Shown here one piece after another: positions 55,838-64,000 of a stretch of 64,000 nt of DNA (the first letter of the stretch is position 1; every line of letters begins with the position of its first letter). Position numbers and translations under genes: made by a program. Below the pieces are notes generated by a model. The model saw only the letters and a program-made list of their open reading frames with translations, was not told where the DNA came from and made no database searches. This DNA comes from an uncultured virus (IMG/VR IMGVR_UViG_3300033149_003774) (Duplodnaviria; Heunggongvirae; Uroviricota; Caudoviricetes): IMG/VR virus record IMGVR_UViG_3300033149_003774. One strand, given 5' to 3'.

Positions 55838-57136
55838 ATGAGTCTCCCTACCAACAAAATTATCTGCGGGGACTGTGTAGATGTAATGCGAACCTTTCCT
55901 GCTGACAGTATAGACTGTGTTGTTACATCTCCTCCCTATTGGGGACTCCGTGATTATGGGACGGAAACAATCCGAGTGTGGGGAGGTAATTCAGATTGTG
56001 AACATGAGTGGGGAATAGAAGTTCCCAAGGGTGGCAGAACAAAAAGACCACAAGATTATGATCCCAAATTCGCAAGAGGAATTAGAAGCGAAGAAACGAA
56101 TTCATTTCGTAACAATCCACGTAATTTTTGTATCAAATGTGGGGCTTGGCGTGGACAGCTAGGACAGGAACCACATCCAGAGATGTATATTAATCATTTA
56201 GTTCTGATTTTTCGCGAAGTTAAACGGGTATTGAAGCCGACGGGAACATTCTGGTTAAACCTCGGAGATACCTATTTTGGTGGGAAGGGGAAAAGTGGAT
56301 ATGAGTTACCATATGAAGTAGAGGAAAGACGAAGAAAGAGGAAAACGCTCCAAAGAAGCTATAATGTCCCAGGCTTTATGGTAGGTCGTCCTCAAGATAT
56401 GGCACCTCAAGATGGTGCGTGGCTTCAGCCTAAGCAGCTTCTAGGAATCCCTTGGCGGGTGACCGCCGCGCTTCAAGAAGATGGCTGGATACTTCGTAAC
56501 GCTATCGTATGGCACAAGCCTAATCACATGCCCTCAAGTGTGAAGGATAGGCTGACAAACGCATACGAGTTCGTATTTCTTTTCGCCAAACAGAGACGGT
56601 ATTGGTTTGATTTAGACGCGATTAGAGTTCCCCATCAAACAAACCCATTTCAGATGGAGTATAGAAAACGACTTTGGGCATCTCGCGGAAAGGACATTTT
56701 GTATCAATTCAATAAAGAAAAAAGGCTTGCAGATGGTCCCAATACTGGTGCGAGAAATAAAGCACCTTATAAGGTGAACAATCCACACATCTCCAGAATC
56801 ACGAAGGGGAGGGAAGCTGGAAATATAAAAGGAAAAAATCCTGGGGATGTTTGGACCATTCCCACCACAGCATTTTCTGGTGCGCATTTTGCCACCTTTC
56901 CACCTAAACTCATCACGCTTATTATAAAAGCTGGCTGTGTGCGCGATGGCGTGGTTCTCGATCCCTTTGGCGGAAGTGGAACTGTTGGTTTTGTTGCTCG
57001 GCGGTTGAATCGTCGTTTTATCCTTATTGATATAAAACCTGAATATTGTGAAATGGCACGAAGACGTGTTCGCGGTTTTACAAAAAACATACCGGAAAAT
57101 GTTATTCCACTAGATATTTTATTAAACAGAAAGTGA
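55838..57136 (+). CDS. DNA amino-methyltransferase (likely N4-cytosine, beta class)
   Basis: TSPPYWG, HFATFP, DPFGGSGT. Confidence 0.9.
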   Translation: MSLPTNKIICGDCVDVMRTFPADSIDCVVTSPPYWGLRDYGTETIRVWGGNSDCEHEWGIEVPKGGRTKRPQDYDPKFARGIRSEETNSFRNNPRNFCIKCGAWRGQLGQEPHPEMYINHLVLIFREVKRVLKPTGTFWLNLGDTYFGGKGKSGYELPYEVEERRRKRKTLQRSYNVPGFMVGRPQDMAPQDGAWLQPKQLLGIPWRVTAALQEDGWILRNAIVWHKPNHMPSSVKDRLTNAYEFVFLFAKQRRYWFDLDAIRVPHQTNPFQMEYRKRLWASRGKDILYQFNKEKRLADGPNTGARNKAPYKVNNPHISRITKGREAGNIKGKNPGDVWTIPTTAFSGAHFATFPPKLITLIIKAGCVRDGVVLDPFGGSGTVGFVARRLNRRFILIDIKPEYCEMARRRVRGFTKNIPENVIPLDILLNRK

Positions 57137-57145
57137 TGATTTGAA

Positions 57146-57928
57146 ATGGTGAAATTGCCAATTAATAAAATAATTTCTGGGGATTGCATCGATATTATGG
57201 TTGAGTGGCCAGAGAGAAGCGTTGATCTCATATTGACTGATCCACCGTATAATATATCTTCTGATTCAAAGGTTACGAAATCGTTTGGAAGGATGCTTTC
57301 AACAAAAGAAGTATGGGGTGATAAGTTTAAAGATGATTATTCTGAAAAGGAATATTTGCTTTTTATGGAAGACTTAGCGAGGACATTCGATAGAGTTCTG
57401 AAGGATGATGGGTCCATTCTAATGTTTTTTGATAGGGGAAAACCATATTATCTAATACCATTTTATAGACGATTCTTTTTCAGAAATATGATCGCATTTA
57501 TAAAAAGGAATCCTGTTCCGCATACGCGGAAGAACAACTACAGGAGTGGGTTCGAGTTGTGTGCTTGGTTCAGTCGCCAAAAATATAAGATAAATTTTAT
57601 AAATCAACAAAAAATGATAAATGTATTTTACGGGGTTATCGGTAGATCGTCTTCTGGTGATTCGCTTCTTCGTTCAAAAAATCTCAGGAGAACAGAACAT
57701 CCAACGGAAAAATATGAGTGGATGATCTCCCCTCTAATAGAAAGACACTCAAACGAAGGTGATTTGGTGGTAGATCCTATGTGTGGAAGTGGAACAGTTC
57801 CCTACTGCGCAAAAAGGTTACGTAGAAACTATATTGGTATTGATATTAAACCTGAGTGGTGTGAGGTTTCTCGAAGACGACTTGATTTTATTACACCAAC
57901 CCCTCTCGACCGATATGTTTTTATATGA
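57146..57928 (+). CDS. DNA amino-methyltransferase (likely N6-adenine, beta class)
   Basis: TDPPYN, HPTEK, DPMCGSGT. Confidence 0.9.
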   Translation: MVKLPINKIISGDCIDIMVEWPERSVDLILTDPPYNISSDSKVTKSFGRMLSTKEVWGDKFKDDYSEKEYLLFMEDLARTFDRVLKDDGSILMFFDRGKPYYLIPFYRRFFFRNMIAFIKRNPVPHTRKNNYRSGFELCAWFSRQKYKINFINQQKMINVFYGVIGRSSSGDSLLRSKNLRRTEHPTEKYEWMISPLIERHSNEGDLVVDPMCGSGTVPYCAKRLRRNYIGIDIKPEWCEVSRRRLDFITPTPLDRYVFI

Positions 57929-57950
57929 GATCACCTTAGTGAACTGACGG

Positions 57951-58232
57951 ATGGAAGACGGGAGAAATGAAATGATGGTTGAACCAATCGAAGTGGTTGA
58001 TCGTGCCAACCTATATTTAAAATCCCTAGTAGAGGAGTGTATACCGACCGTTGAAAAGGAACTTGTTGAAGCACGAAGGCGATTTGAGGAAGAACGAAAG
58101 TGGTATGGTTCTGATGCGGATCGAGGATATCTGGAAGTAATGCAACAGGAATATTCCAAGTTAATGGCTATAAAGAGAATACTGGAGTTCATCTTGGGAG
58201 TTTCTATCGAACCTAACCCAAGAGAAAAATAG
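57951..58232 (+). CDS. hypothetical protein
   Basis: 93-aa helical ORF. Confidence 0.5.
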   Translation: MEDGRNEMMVEPIEVVDRANLYLKSLVEECIPTVEKELVEARRRFEEERKWYGSDADRGYLEVMQQEYSKLMAIKRILEFILGVSIEPNPREK

Positions 58233-58240
58233 AAAAAAAT

Positions 58241-58651
58241 CTATCTTCGTATTCTTGGTCTTCCGCGTCGCCCGCCAGATACAAGACCTATAGGAACTAT
58301 TTGACCAGTTTTGCGTATGATTTTTAATGCTTCATCTCTTGAGATTGTTGTATCGCTTAGAAGCTCCCCATCCTCTGTTGAAATTGGACCCTCGGTTTTT
58401 CCACATACGGCACATGTCTTCATTACTCCAGTAGGACGCAGTTGAACAAATGTCAACATGTGTGGCTTGCATTCCCTAACATCACATGGGAGTGTATCAG
58501 CAGTAAATCTGAGAACCTTTTTGTGTATAGTTCCAGTTCGTCCATCAACCTCTATCCAATCAAATGTGATCGTTTTATACCATCCATTCTCTTCATAGAT
58601 TTTTATTATTTCTTCCCTAGATGCGCCATCCTCATATTTTGGTATCGGCAT
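58241..58651 (-). CDS. hypothetical zinc-binding protein
   Basis: C...C..H...CAVC; coupled to the scaffold-like gene. Confidence 0.55.
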   Translation of the reverse strand: MPIPKYEDGASREEIIKIYEENGWYKTITFDWIEVDGRTGTIHKKVLRFTADTLPCDVRECKPHMLTFVQLRPTGVMKTCAVCGKTEGPISTEDGELLSDTTISRDEALKIIRKTGQIVPIGLVSGGRRGRPRIRR

Positions 58652-58652
58652 A

Positions 58653-59459
58653 CTAGAACACCACCAACCTCGACTTCGATGGGTCCCAACCACAGAACGG
58701 ACATATTTCACCCTCTAATATTCCATTACCACATCGCGGACATTCTATTATAGCCATTCTTTTTCCAATTGTTTTTTTCATAGTTACTACTGCCTTTTGC
58801 CATATCTGTCGTAATTGTTTCTCTGCAACTTTATCTCCCTTTGCAACCCTAGCATAAAGATCATCTATCATTTCTCTTTCAGTATTATAAGCCTTCGGCT
58901 TTCCAGGCTCCTCAAGTGGAACTTGGCTTCCCTCTGGGGGTTTTTCTACACTAACCTTTTCCTTTTTTTCTTTTTCTTCCTTCTTTTTTTGTGCTTCAGC
59001 TTCTTCACGTTGCTTCTTTGCGGTATCAAACGTTTCTTTCAGAAATTCATACGTTCTGACTATTTTTGTTAGATCATTCGGTCCCTCGATCTCTGCATCT
59101 AGTTCTTGTATTTTTTCCTCTGGGAGAACGCCTTCCTCTTTTATTTTATCAAAGAGTTTCTTTTTCTCCTCCTCAAATTTTTCAAGCGCAATGTCAGTAA
59201 GTTCGTCTCTGTATCTATCTCTTTCCGTTATGATCTTCTCATATTCCTCGGTTTTTGTTTTATTTGCCTCCTCAAGTTCCTTTAGTTTTTTGTTCATCTT
59301 GTCTAATTCGCTTGCTATTCTGCTCTTTTCTTTTTCAAGTTCAGTAATCCTCTCCTGTTGTTCTTTTTCAATTTTGCTTCTATCGACTTCTATTTTTATG
59401 TTTCTCTCCTCTATTTTTTCCTTATCTTCACCCTGCGAAGGTTTATTTTCATCAGACAT
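58653..59459 (-). CDS. scaffolding-like coiled-coil protein with C-terminal zinc ribbon
   Basis: E/K-rich coiled coil; CPRC...CPFC; near the capsid gene. Confidence 0.55.
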   Translation of the reverse strand: MSDENKPSQGEDKEKIEERNIKIEVDRSKIEKEQQERITELEKEKSRIASELDKMNKKLKELEEANKTKTEEYEKIITERDRYRDELTDIALEKFEEEKKKLFDKIKEEGVLPEEKIQELDAEIEGPNDLTKIVRTYEFLKETFDTAKKQREEAEAQKKKEEKEKKEKVSVEKPPEGSQVPLEEPGKPKAYNTEREMIDDLYARVAKGDKVAEKQLRQIWQKAVVTMKKTIGKRMAIIECPRCGNGILEGEICPFCGWDPSKSRLVVF

Positions 59460-59565
59460 TTCAATCACTAAATAATGCATCCTACACCTTTATAAATGTT
59501 GTGGGATATTTTGTCTTTAATTTGTTATAATAAAATTTATAAGCGTATATACATTATATTTATAT

Positions 59566-60165
59566 ATGAACAAAATAGCATTTTGCCATGAATGTGGGAA
59601 AGAATTTATACCTAAGAATTCAAAACATAAATATTGTTCATATAAGTGCAGAATTAAATCTACTAACCGAAGATTTATGGAAAGGTATCACTCCAACGAA
59701 GAATTTAGGATGAAGCACATAGAGACCGTGAAAAAATCTCAAAAGAAATACTTCGTACCAAAGGAACCAAAAAGATATTCTAGGATTTGCAAATATTGTG
59801 GAAAAGAGTTTATTGCTTATAAAATACACCAAGTTTTTTGTTGCAGTGTGTGCAGTGGAAAATATTTTAGAAAAATCTGTAGTATGAAAGCATCTATGGC
59901 ATTAGATGAAGCCTTTAAAGAGAGATTTACCGAAGAACAAATAAATATATTTAATGAATTAGCAGATCGACAACAAATAGGAGAGGATATTATATTAGAT
60001 GATTCATGTAAGGTTTGTGGAACAAAAGAGGGTAGGTTAATAGTACATCATATTTCTTATAATCCCTTAGAGTATGTTACATTATGTTCAAGTTGTCATC
60101 AAATACTACATACTAGATTTCTGGGCAAGGTTAGAGTGTCACCTCAAATTGTACGCCAAAAGTAA
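59566..60165 (+). CDS. HNH endonuclease with zinc-ribbon repeats
   Basis: two CxxCGKEF...CS..C repeats; CKVCG...HHISY...LCSSCHQILH. Confidence 0.8.
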   Translation: MNKIAFCHECGKEFIPKNSKHKYCSYKCRIKSTNRRFMERYHSNEEFRMKHIETVKKSQKKYFVPKEPKRYSRICKYCGKEFIAYKIHQVFCCSVCSGKYFRKICSMKASMALDEAFKERFTEEQINIFNELADRQQIGEDIILDDSCKVCGTKEGRLIVHHISYNPLEYVTLCSSCHQILHTRFLGKVRVSPQIVRQK

Positions 60166-60270
60166 AACAATTATGTTTTTTTGTTACATAGGAAAAGTGT
60201 CAGACAAATTATCTCTTTTATTTTCAATAAACTTTATAAGTATAAATTAATGTATATATATAGAAGAAAG

Positions 60271-61188
60271 ATGATAACAGTAGAAGAAACCCTAAAGTCA
60301 GCCGATCTACCTAGTGATGTAATTCCCCATTTGATATGGAAGGAAGTCCTCTTAGGCGCGCAGAAGAGACGAGTGTTCCTAGAGGGAGCGACTATAACAA
60401 ACCAGCTACAGGGCGATATGGGGACGAAGATTAGTGTTCCCTACCTCTCCACGAAGTTCACCGCCGCAACCATTTCAGAAAGTTCCCTCGATTCGAGCGG
60501 CTATACTGTTTCCGATCTTGCTGTATCTGATACGGATATAAGTGTAGGAAACCAAGTTTATGTTGCGTTCCGTCTTTCATATGTTCTAAGAGAAGATCAG
60601 CCTCGCTACGATTGGGTTCAGTTGGCCATTCGAGATGCTGGTCGTGCTGTGGCGGTCTATGAGGATGCCGCAGTAAGGGACGTTCTTCTCGCTGGTGCTG
60701 GAAATAGCCAAGCGGCAGGAACGGCGGGTACTCTAACATATGATGACATCATCAACACTCTAAGCCTTATGAAGGCTGATGGTTGGTTCCCAGACGATAT
60801 AAAACCACTTCTGTATATACACCCAGATCAGGAAGCAGACTTGCTCAAAGATACCACATATGTTAGCGCAACCACAAACAGGTACGCTGTCGGTAGTCTT
60901 CCAGAACTCCCTGGCGCAAACTATATGACACAGGCGGATACCGAAACGATCTATGCTGGTTGCAGAGTCAGGGTCACGGATAATATGACGAAGGCTCTCG
61001 CACTCATCGTATTCCCAGAACATCCACAGTTTGGACCAACTTACATCCACGCCATCAAGAGACCTTTGACTGTTAGAACCGATGACGAGGTACTCTATGG
61101 TAGGCAGTTATGGACGGTAAGCACCAGATACGGGACTGCGGTAATGAGCGGGAATGCGGACGGCGTGGGTCTTATAACCAATTGTTGA
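60271..61188 (+). CDS. major capsid protein (HK97 fold)
   Basis: VIPHLIWKEV, GTKISVP, LYIHPDQEADLL, IYAGCRVRVT, TRYG pattern. Confidence 0.8.
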   Translation: MITVEETLKSADLPSDVIPHLIWKEVLLGAQKRRVFLEGATITNQLQGDMGTKISVPYLSTKFTAATISESSLDSSGYTVSDLAVSDTDISVGNQVYVAFRLSYVLREDQPRYDWVQLAIRDAGRAVAVYEDAAVRDVLLAGAGNSQAAGTAGTLTYDDIINTLSLMKADGWFPDDIKPLLYIHPDQEADLLKDTTYVSATTNRYAVGSLPELPGANYMTQADTETIYAGCRVRVTDNMTKALALIVFPEHPQFGPTYIHAIKRPLTVRTDDEVLYGRQLWTVSTRYGTAVMSGNADGVGLITNC

Positions 61189-61287
61189 TTTAAATAAAAC
61201 TAAAACTAATAGAACAGTAGGGTTGGTAAGGAAGCCAACCACAAAAGACTTATATTTCCCCTTTTTTTATGTTATATATGAGAAAGA

Positions 61288-62115
61288 TTGCCTGATTATA
61301 TCGAAGAGTTGTTCTGTCCTAACTGTGGCTCTGAAGAGAAGAGAAGCAAAGGCAAGAATTGGCAATGTAAAAACTGCGGGCGTCATTGGGTTAAGAAGAG
61401 ATATATTGGTCCTAGGAGAAGGAAGAAAGACCATGTTCCGTGGAATAAGGGACTCACCAAGGAAACCAGCCCCATTATAGCCAAGGGAACCAAGAAGTCA
61501 AAGAAAACACGTCAAAAATTAATTGACGCTGGTATCATTAACCCAACTAAAAATCTTCCACCTAAAAAATATAATGTGTCTAAAGAAGAACTTTATGATC
61601 TTTATTGGAACAAAAATTTATCCACTTATAAAATTGCAAGAAAGATTGGCTGTCATCAAAGTTTAATATCCTTACTTCTAAAAAAGTATGGAATAAAAGC
61701 AAGAAATCGTGGCGTTGCTGGTGCTATGGCTCGTCGTTCAAAACAGCCTGAAATCAACAGGAAGATTTCAAGGGCGTTGAAGGGTAACACGAACTGGGTT
61801 TTTGGTGGCAACTTTCCTAATAAGGAAGAGAAGAAGATTATTACTTTTCTTGCGAGAAACAATCTTCCTTTTCGCTATGTTGGCGATGGTAGTTTTCTTA
61901 TCGGCGGAAAGAATCCAGATTTCATTTGTGAGGAGTCAAAAAAAGTTATAGAGTTTTTTGGGGAGCTTTGGCATCCCCCTTCTCATAGACGGAAGCGTGT
62001 AGAGTTTTTTGCTAGTTATGGATGGGATTGTTTTGTTATCTGGGGTAAAGATATGTCGTCAGTAGAGAAGAGAAAAATTCTTCTTCAGCGTCTTTTGGAA
62101 TGGTTTTCTAAGTAA
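61288..62115 (+). CDS. homing-type endonuclease (NUMOD/HTH plus Vsr-like PD-(D/E)xK domain)
   Basis: PWNKGLTKET, LSTYKIARKIGC, PDFI...VIEFFGELWH. Confidence 0.75.
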   Translation: MPDYIEELFCPNCGSEEKRSKGKNWQCKNCGRHWVKKRYIGPRRRKKDHVPWNKGLTKETSPIIAKGTKKSKKTRQKLIDAGIINPTKNLPPKKYNVSKEELYDLYWNKNLSTYKIARKIGCHQSLISLLLKKYGIKARNRGVAGAMARRSKQPEINRKISRALKGNTNWVFGGNFPNKEEKKIITFLARNNLPFRYVGDGSFLIGGKNPDFICEESKKVIEFFGELWHPPSHRRKRVEFFASYGWDCFVIWGKDMSSVEKRKILLQRLLEWFSK

Positions 62116-62164
62116 TCTTTTTGTATACCAAAACCTTTATATCCACCCCTTTTTTATATTATAT

Positions 62165-62368
62165 ATGAGAAAAATGTCATCTAGTGGTAAACGTGCTGGA
62201 CGCGGTTCACATGGAAGTCTCACAAAAGCCGGAAGGGTTCGTAGTACAACACCTCTAGTTCCACCTCAACCACATAGACCGCATCTTCACCCTCGTCTTG
62301 CCAATCGTCGCAAATATGTTCATAGAATTTTAAATCCACGATCTCGCAAACCTAGGCGGCGTCGTTAG
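62165..62368 (+). CDS. rps30e: ribosomal protein eS30 (S30e)
   Basis: SHGSLTKAGRVRSTTP...PRLANRRKY matches the eS30 signature HGSLxKAGKVRxQTP...PR..NR..Y. Confidence 0.9.
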   Translation: MRKMSSSGKRAGRGSHGSLTKAGRVRSTTPLVPPQPHRPHLHPRLANRRKYVHRILNPRSRKPRRRR

Positions 62369-62418
62369 TTTTTGTAGAAACAACACAAGATTTATTTGTG
62401 ATACTATCTATATGATAA

Positions 62419-63201
62419 GTGATCTTAATGCCGATTCTAACAGACGGAAGTTTGTACATTGACTACAAGAGAATAGCAGTTACCGATACGGAGCAAAGCT
62501 ATACAATTGGAACCCAATCTGGTACACCGTTTGGTTCCGAGAGGATACGTTTTTTGGCTGATGAGGATTGCTATGTCAGATTTAATGAACCCACAGCTCT
62601 GCAAATCCTTATCAAGGGAAAGGACATCTGGGAGTTTGAAAAAAGAGTTACAAAGATATATGTTGTGCGGGTTTCAGCGAATGGAAACTTGGAAGTGTGG
62701 GCGGAGGGGGATATCCCATCTGCGATCAAGGGGAGATATCGAGCAGTACTAGAGAGATTGGTTTTGTTGGTGGGTAATTCTCTTAACGAAGCTGACTACG
62801 ATGAGTATTATGTTACTGGGGACTATACACAACTGCCTACGAACCTGAGCAAGATGCCCTATGTAACGGTAAGAATTAATCCAGTTTTAATAGAGGATGA
62901 AACATATGGAAGGCGTCTTCCAAGTGTAGGAAGCATGGCAACACATTATTTCACTTTATATGTTTACGAAACGAGCAATACAGTTGCTAGTGAAAATAAG
63001 AATAGAGATGCACACATCTGTGCAAGAACAATAATGGACTTTTTACGTGGAAAAGATCAAGATTCGACAGAAGGAGAAACTTATGGAATATATAGAATAT
63101 ATGATATTGGTGCAAGAGAATCAGAACCAGAGGGATTAAGGGGGATAAGTAGAATGATTGTTACTGGTGCAATGTGGGTGAAGAGGTTGGATTCACCATG
63201 A
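62419..63201 (+). CDS. virion structural protein, tail-terminator-like C-terminal domain
   Basis: MPYVTV...FTLYVY pattern; paralogous to the next gene. Confidence 0.5.
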   Translation: MILMPILTDGSLYIDYKRIAVTDTEQSYTIGTQSGTPFGSERIRFLADEDCYVRFNEPTALQILIKGKDIWEFEKRVTKIYVVRVSANGNLEVWAEGDIPSAIKGRYRAVLERLVLLVGNSLNEADYDEYYVTGDYTQLPTNLSKMPYVTVRINPVLIEDETYGRRLPSVGSMATHYFTLYVYETSNTVASENKNRDAHICARTIMDFLRGKDQDSTEGETYGIYRIYDIGARESEPEGLRGISRMIVTGAMWVKRLDSP

Positions 63202-63680
63202 GTGATCCTAATGGAGATCCAAAGGGCAAGTTTGAGTCCGTGAAGAATAGATTGAATGATTATGTTACAGCAGCCATCGGTGGTCATGTTAGTAATGATT
63301 GGAGAATCAACATAAAAGAGCTCGGCACATTTCCCATTAGTACATTAAGATTTGGTGTGGTTTCTTTACTTAATGAAAATTATGGTGGTTTAACACCAGA
63401 AAGTGGTTGTTGGGCAGAATACGAGTTCAGTATATTTATTCAAGATAAAGAGTATAGCGATCAATTGGATACGGTTTTAAAACACTATAGTGTAATGGAT
63501 GATGCATCAGATGTGGTAGATTATTTAATTGGAAAAAGCGGAGACAGCACCGAAATTTCTTCTTATGGAATATATGAAATAGGTGAACTTAGAATTGAAT
63601 ATAATCAATTTAGAAGGGGCGGTAGGAACGTCGGTCGTGCAATTGTGAGGGGAAAGATTCGGTCTAAGTGGCTCGACTGA
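63198..63680 (+). CDS. tail-terminator-like structural protein
   Basis: shares E.YG, F.I.I, YGIY.I, R.IV.G...K.LD with the previous ORF. Confidence 0.5.
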   Translation: MSDPNGDPKGKFESVKNRLNDYVTAAIGGHVSNDWRINIKELGTFPISTLRFGVVSLLNENYGGLTPESGCWAEYEFSIFIQDKEYSDQLDTVLKHYSVMDDASDVVDYLIGKSGDSTEISSYGIYEIGELRIEYNQFRRGGRNVGRAIVRGKIRSKWLD

Positions 63681-63731
63681 CTAAAAAGGAAACATTTAAA
63701 TACCCATATGCAATCTATTATTCGGTTCAAA

Positions 63732-64000
63732 TTGGCTGAAACAGAAAGAGTTGATGTCGAGGAGATAATCTCCGAAATAAACAATATGGACACGACGAAG
63801 ATGGATCGGCTTGGCATACTGACGAGTTTGGTGAAATTGACACAAATAATAAATAAAATTTCGGGCGTGTGGTTGCTCTTCTATGGTCTACCTAACATTT
63901 CAAGTGTTTCCAGAGAAGTGCTTGAGGAGTTTTTGAATTTTCAAAAAGATATATCCATCGGCATCATAAAAAACGGTCTCAAGTTTCAGAAAACCTTGCT
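63732..64000 (+). CDS. hypothetical protein, truncated by the window end
   Basis: open frame from TTG (AETERVDVEEIISE...) after TTTAAATA. Confidence 0.45.
   Translation, partial: MAETERVDVEEIISEINNMDTTKMDRLGILTSLVKLTQIINKISGVWLLFYGLPNISSVSREVLEEFLNFQKDISIGIIKNGLKFQKTL

Overview
This window is a large part of a head-tailed (Caudoviricetes-like) virus genome that very probably infects an archaeon. The archaeal evidence is TATA/BRE-type promoters, GGAGG/GGTGA ribosome-binding sites, an MCM helicase, a histone-fold candidate and ribosomal protein eS30. eS30 points to a TACK or Asgard-type host such as Bathyarchaeia (inference). Virion genes are scattered on both strands: terminase large subunit, HK97-type capsid, prohead protease, scaffold, adaptor, tail tube, frameshifted tail chaperones, a short tape-measure-like protein and a large tail tip protein. 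The window also carries a class III ribonucleotide reductase, five DNA methyltransferases, a glycan-modification cluster and a papain-like protease next to holin-like genes. The most striking feature is an apparently complete virus-encoded ubiquitin-like conjugation cassette at 5.2-9.2 kb: Ubl ending in GG, coiled-coil/E2-like protein, E1 and JAB peptidase. It is followed by three unrelated proteins sharing a C-terminal Cx2Cx3CKx4CxFY motif and is bracketed by a duplicated 29-bp element. Other highlights are several structured non-coding RNA candidates (two look homologous), a CGCG-rich small-gene island, iteron-like arrays, an overprinted ORF inside the C5 methyltransferase and a candidate +1 frameshift in a Cas4-like nuclease. 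All calls come from reading motifs by eye; no searches were run.
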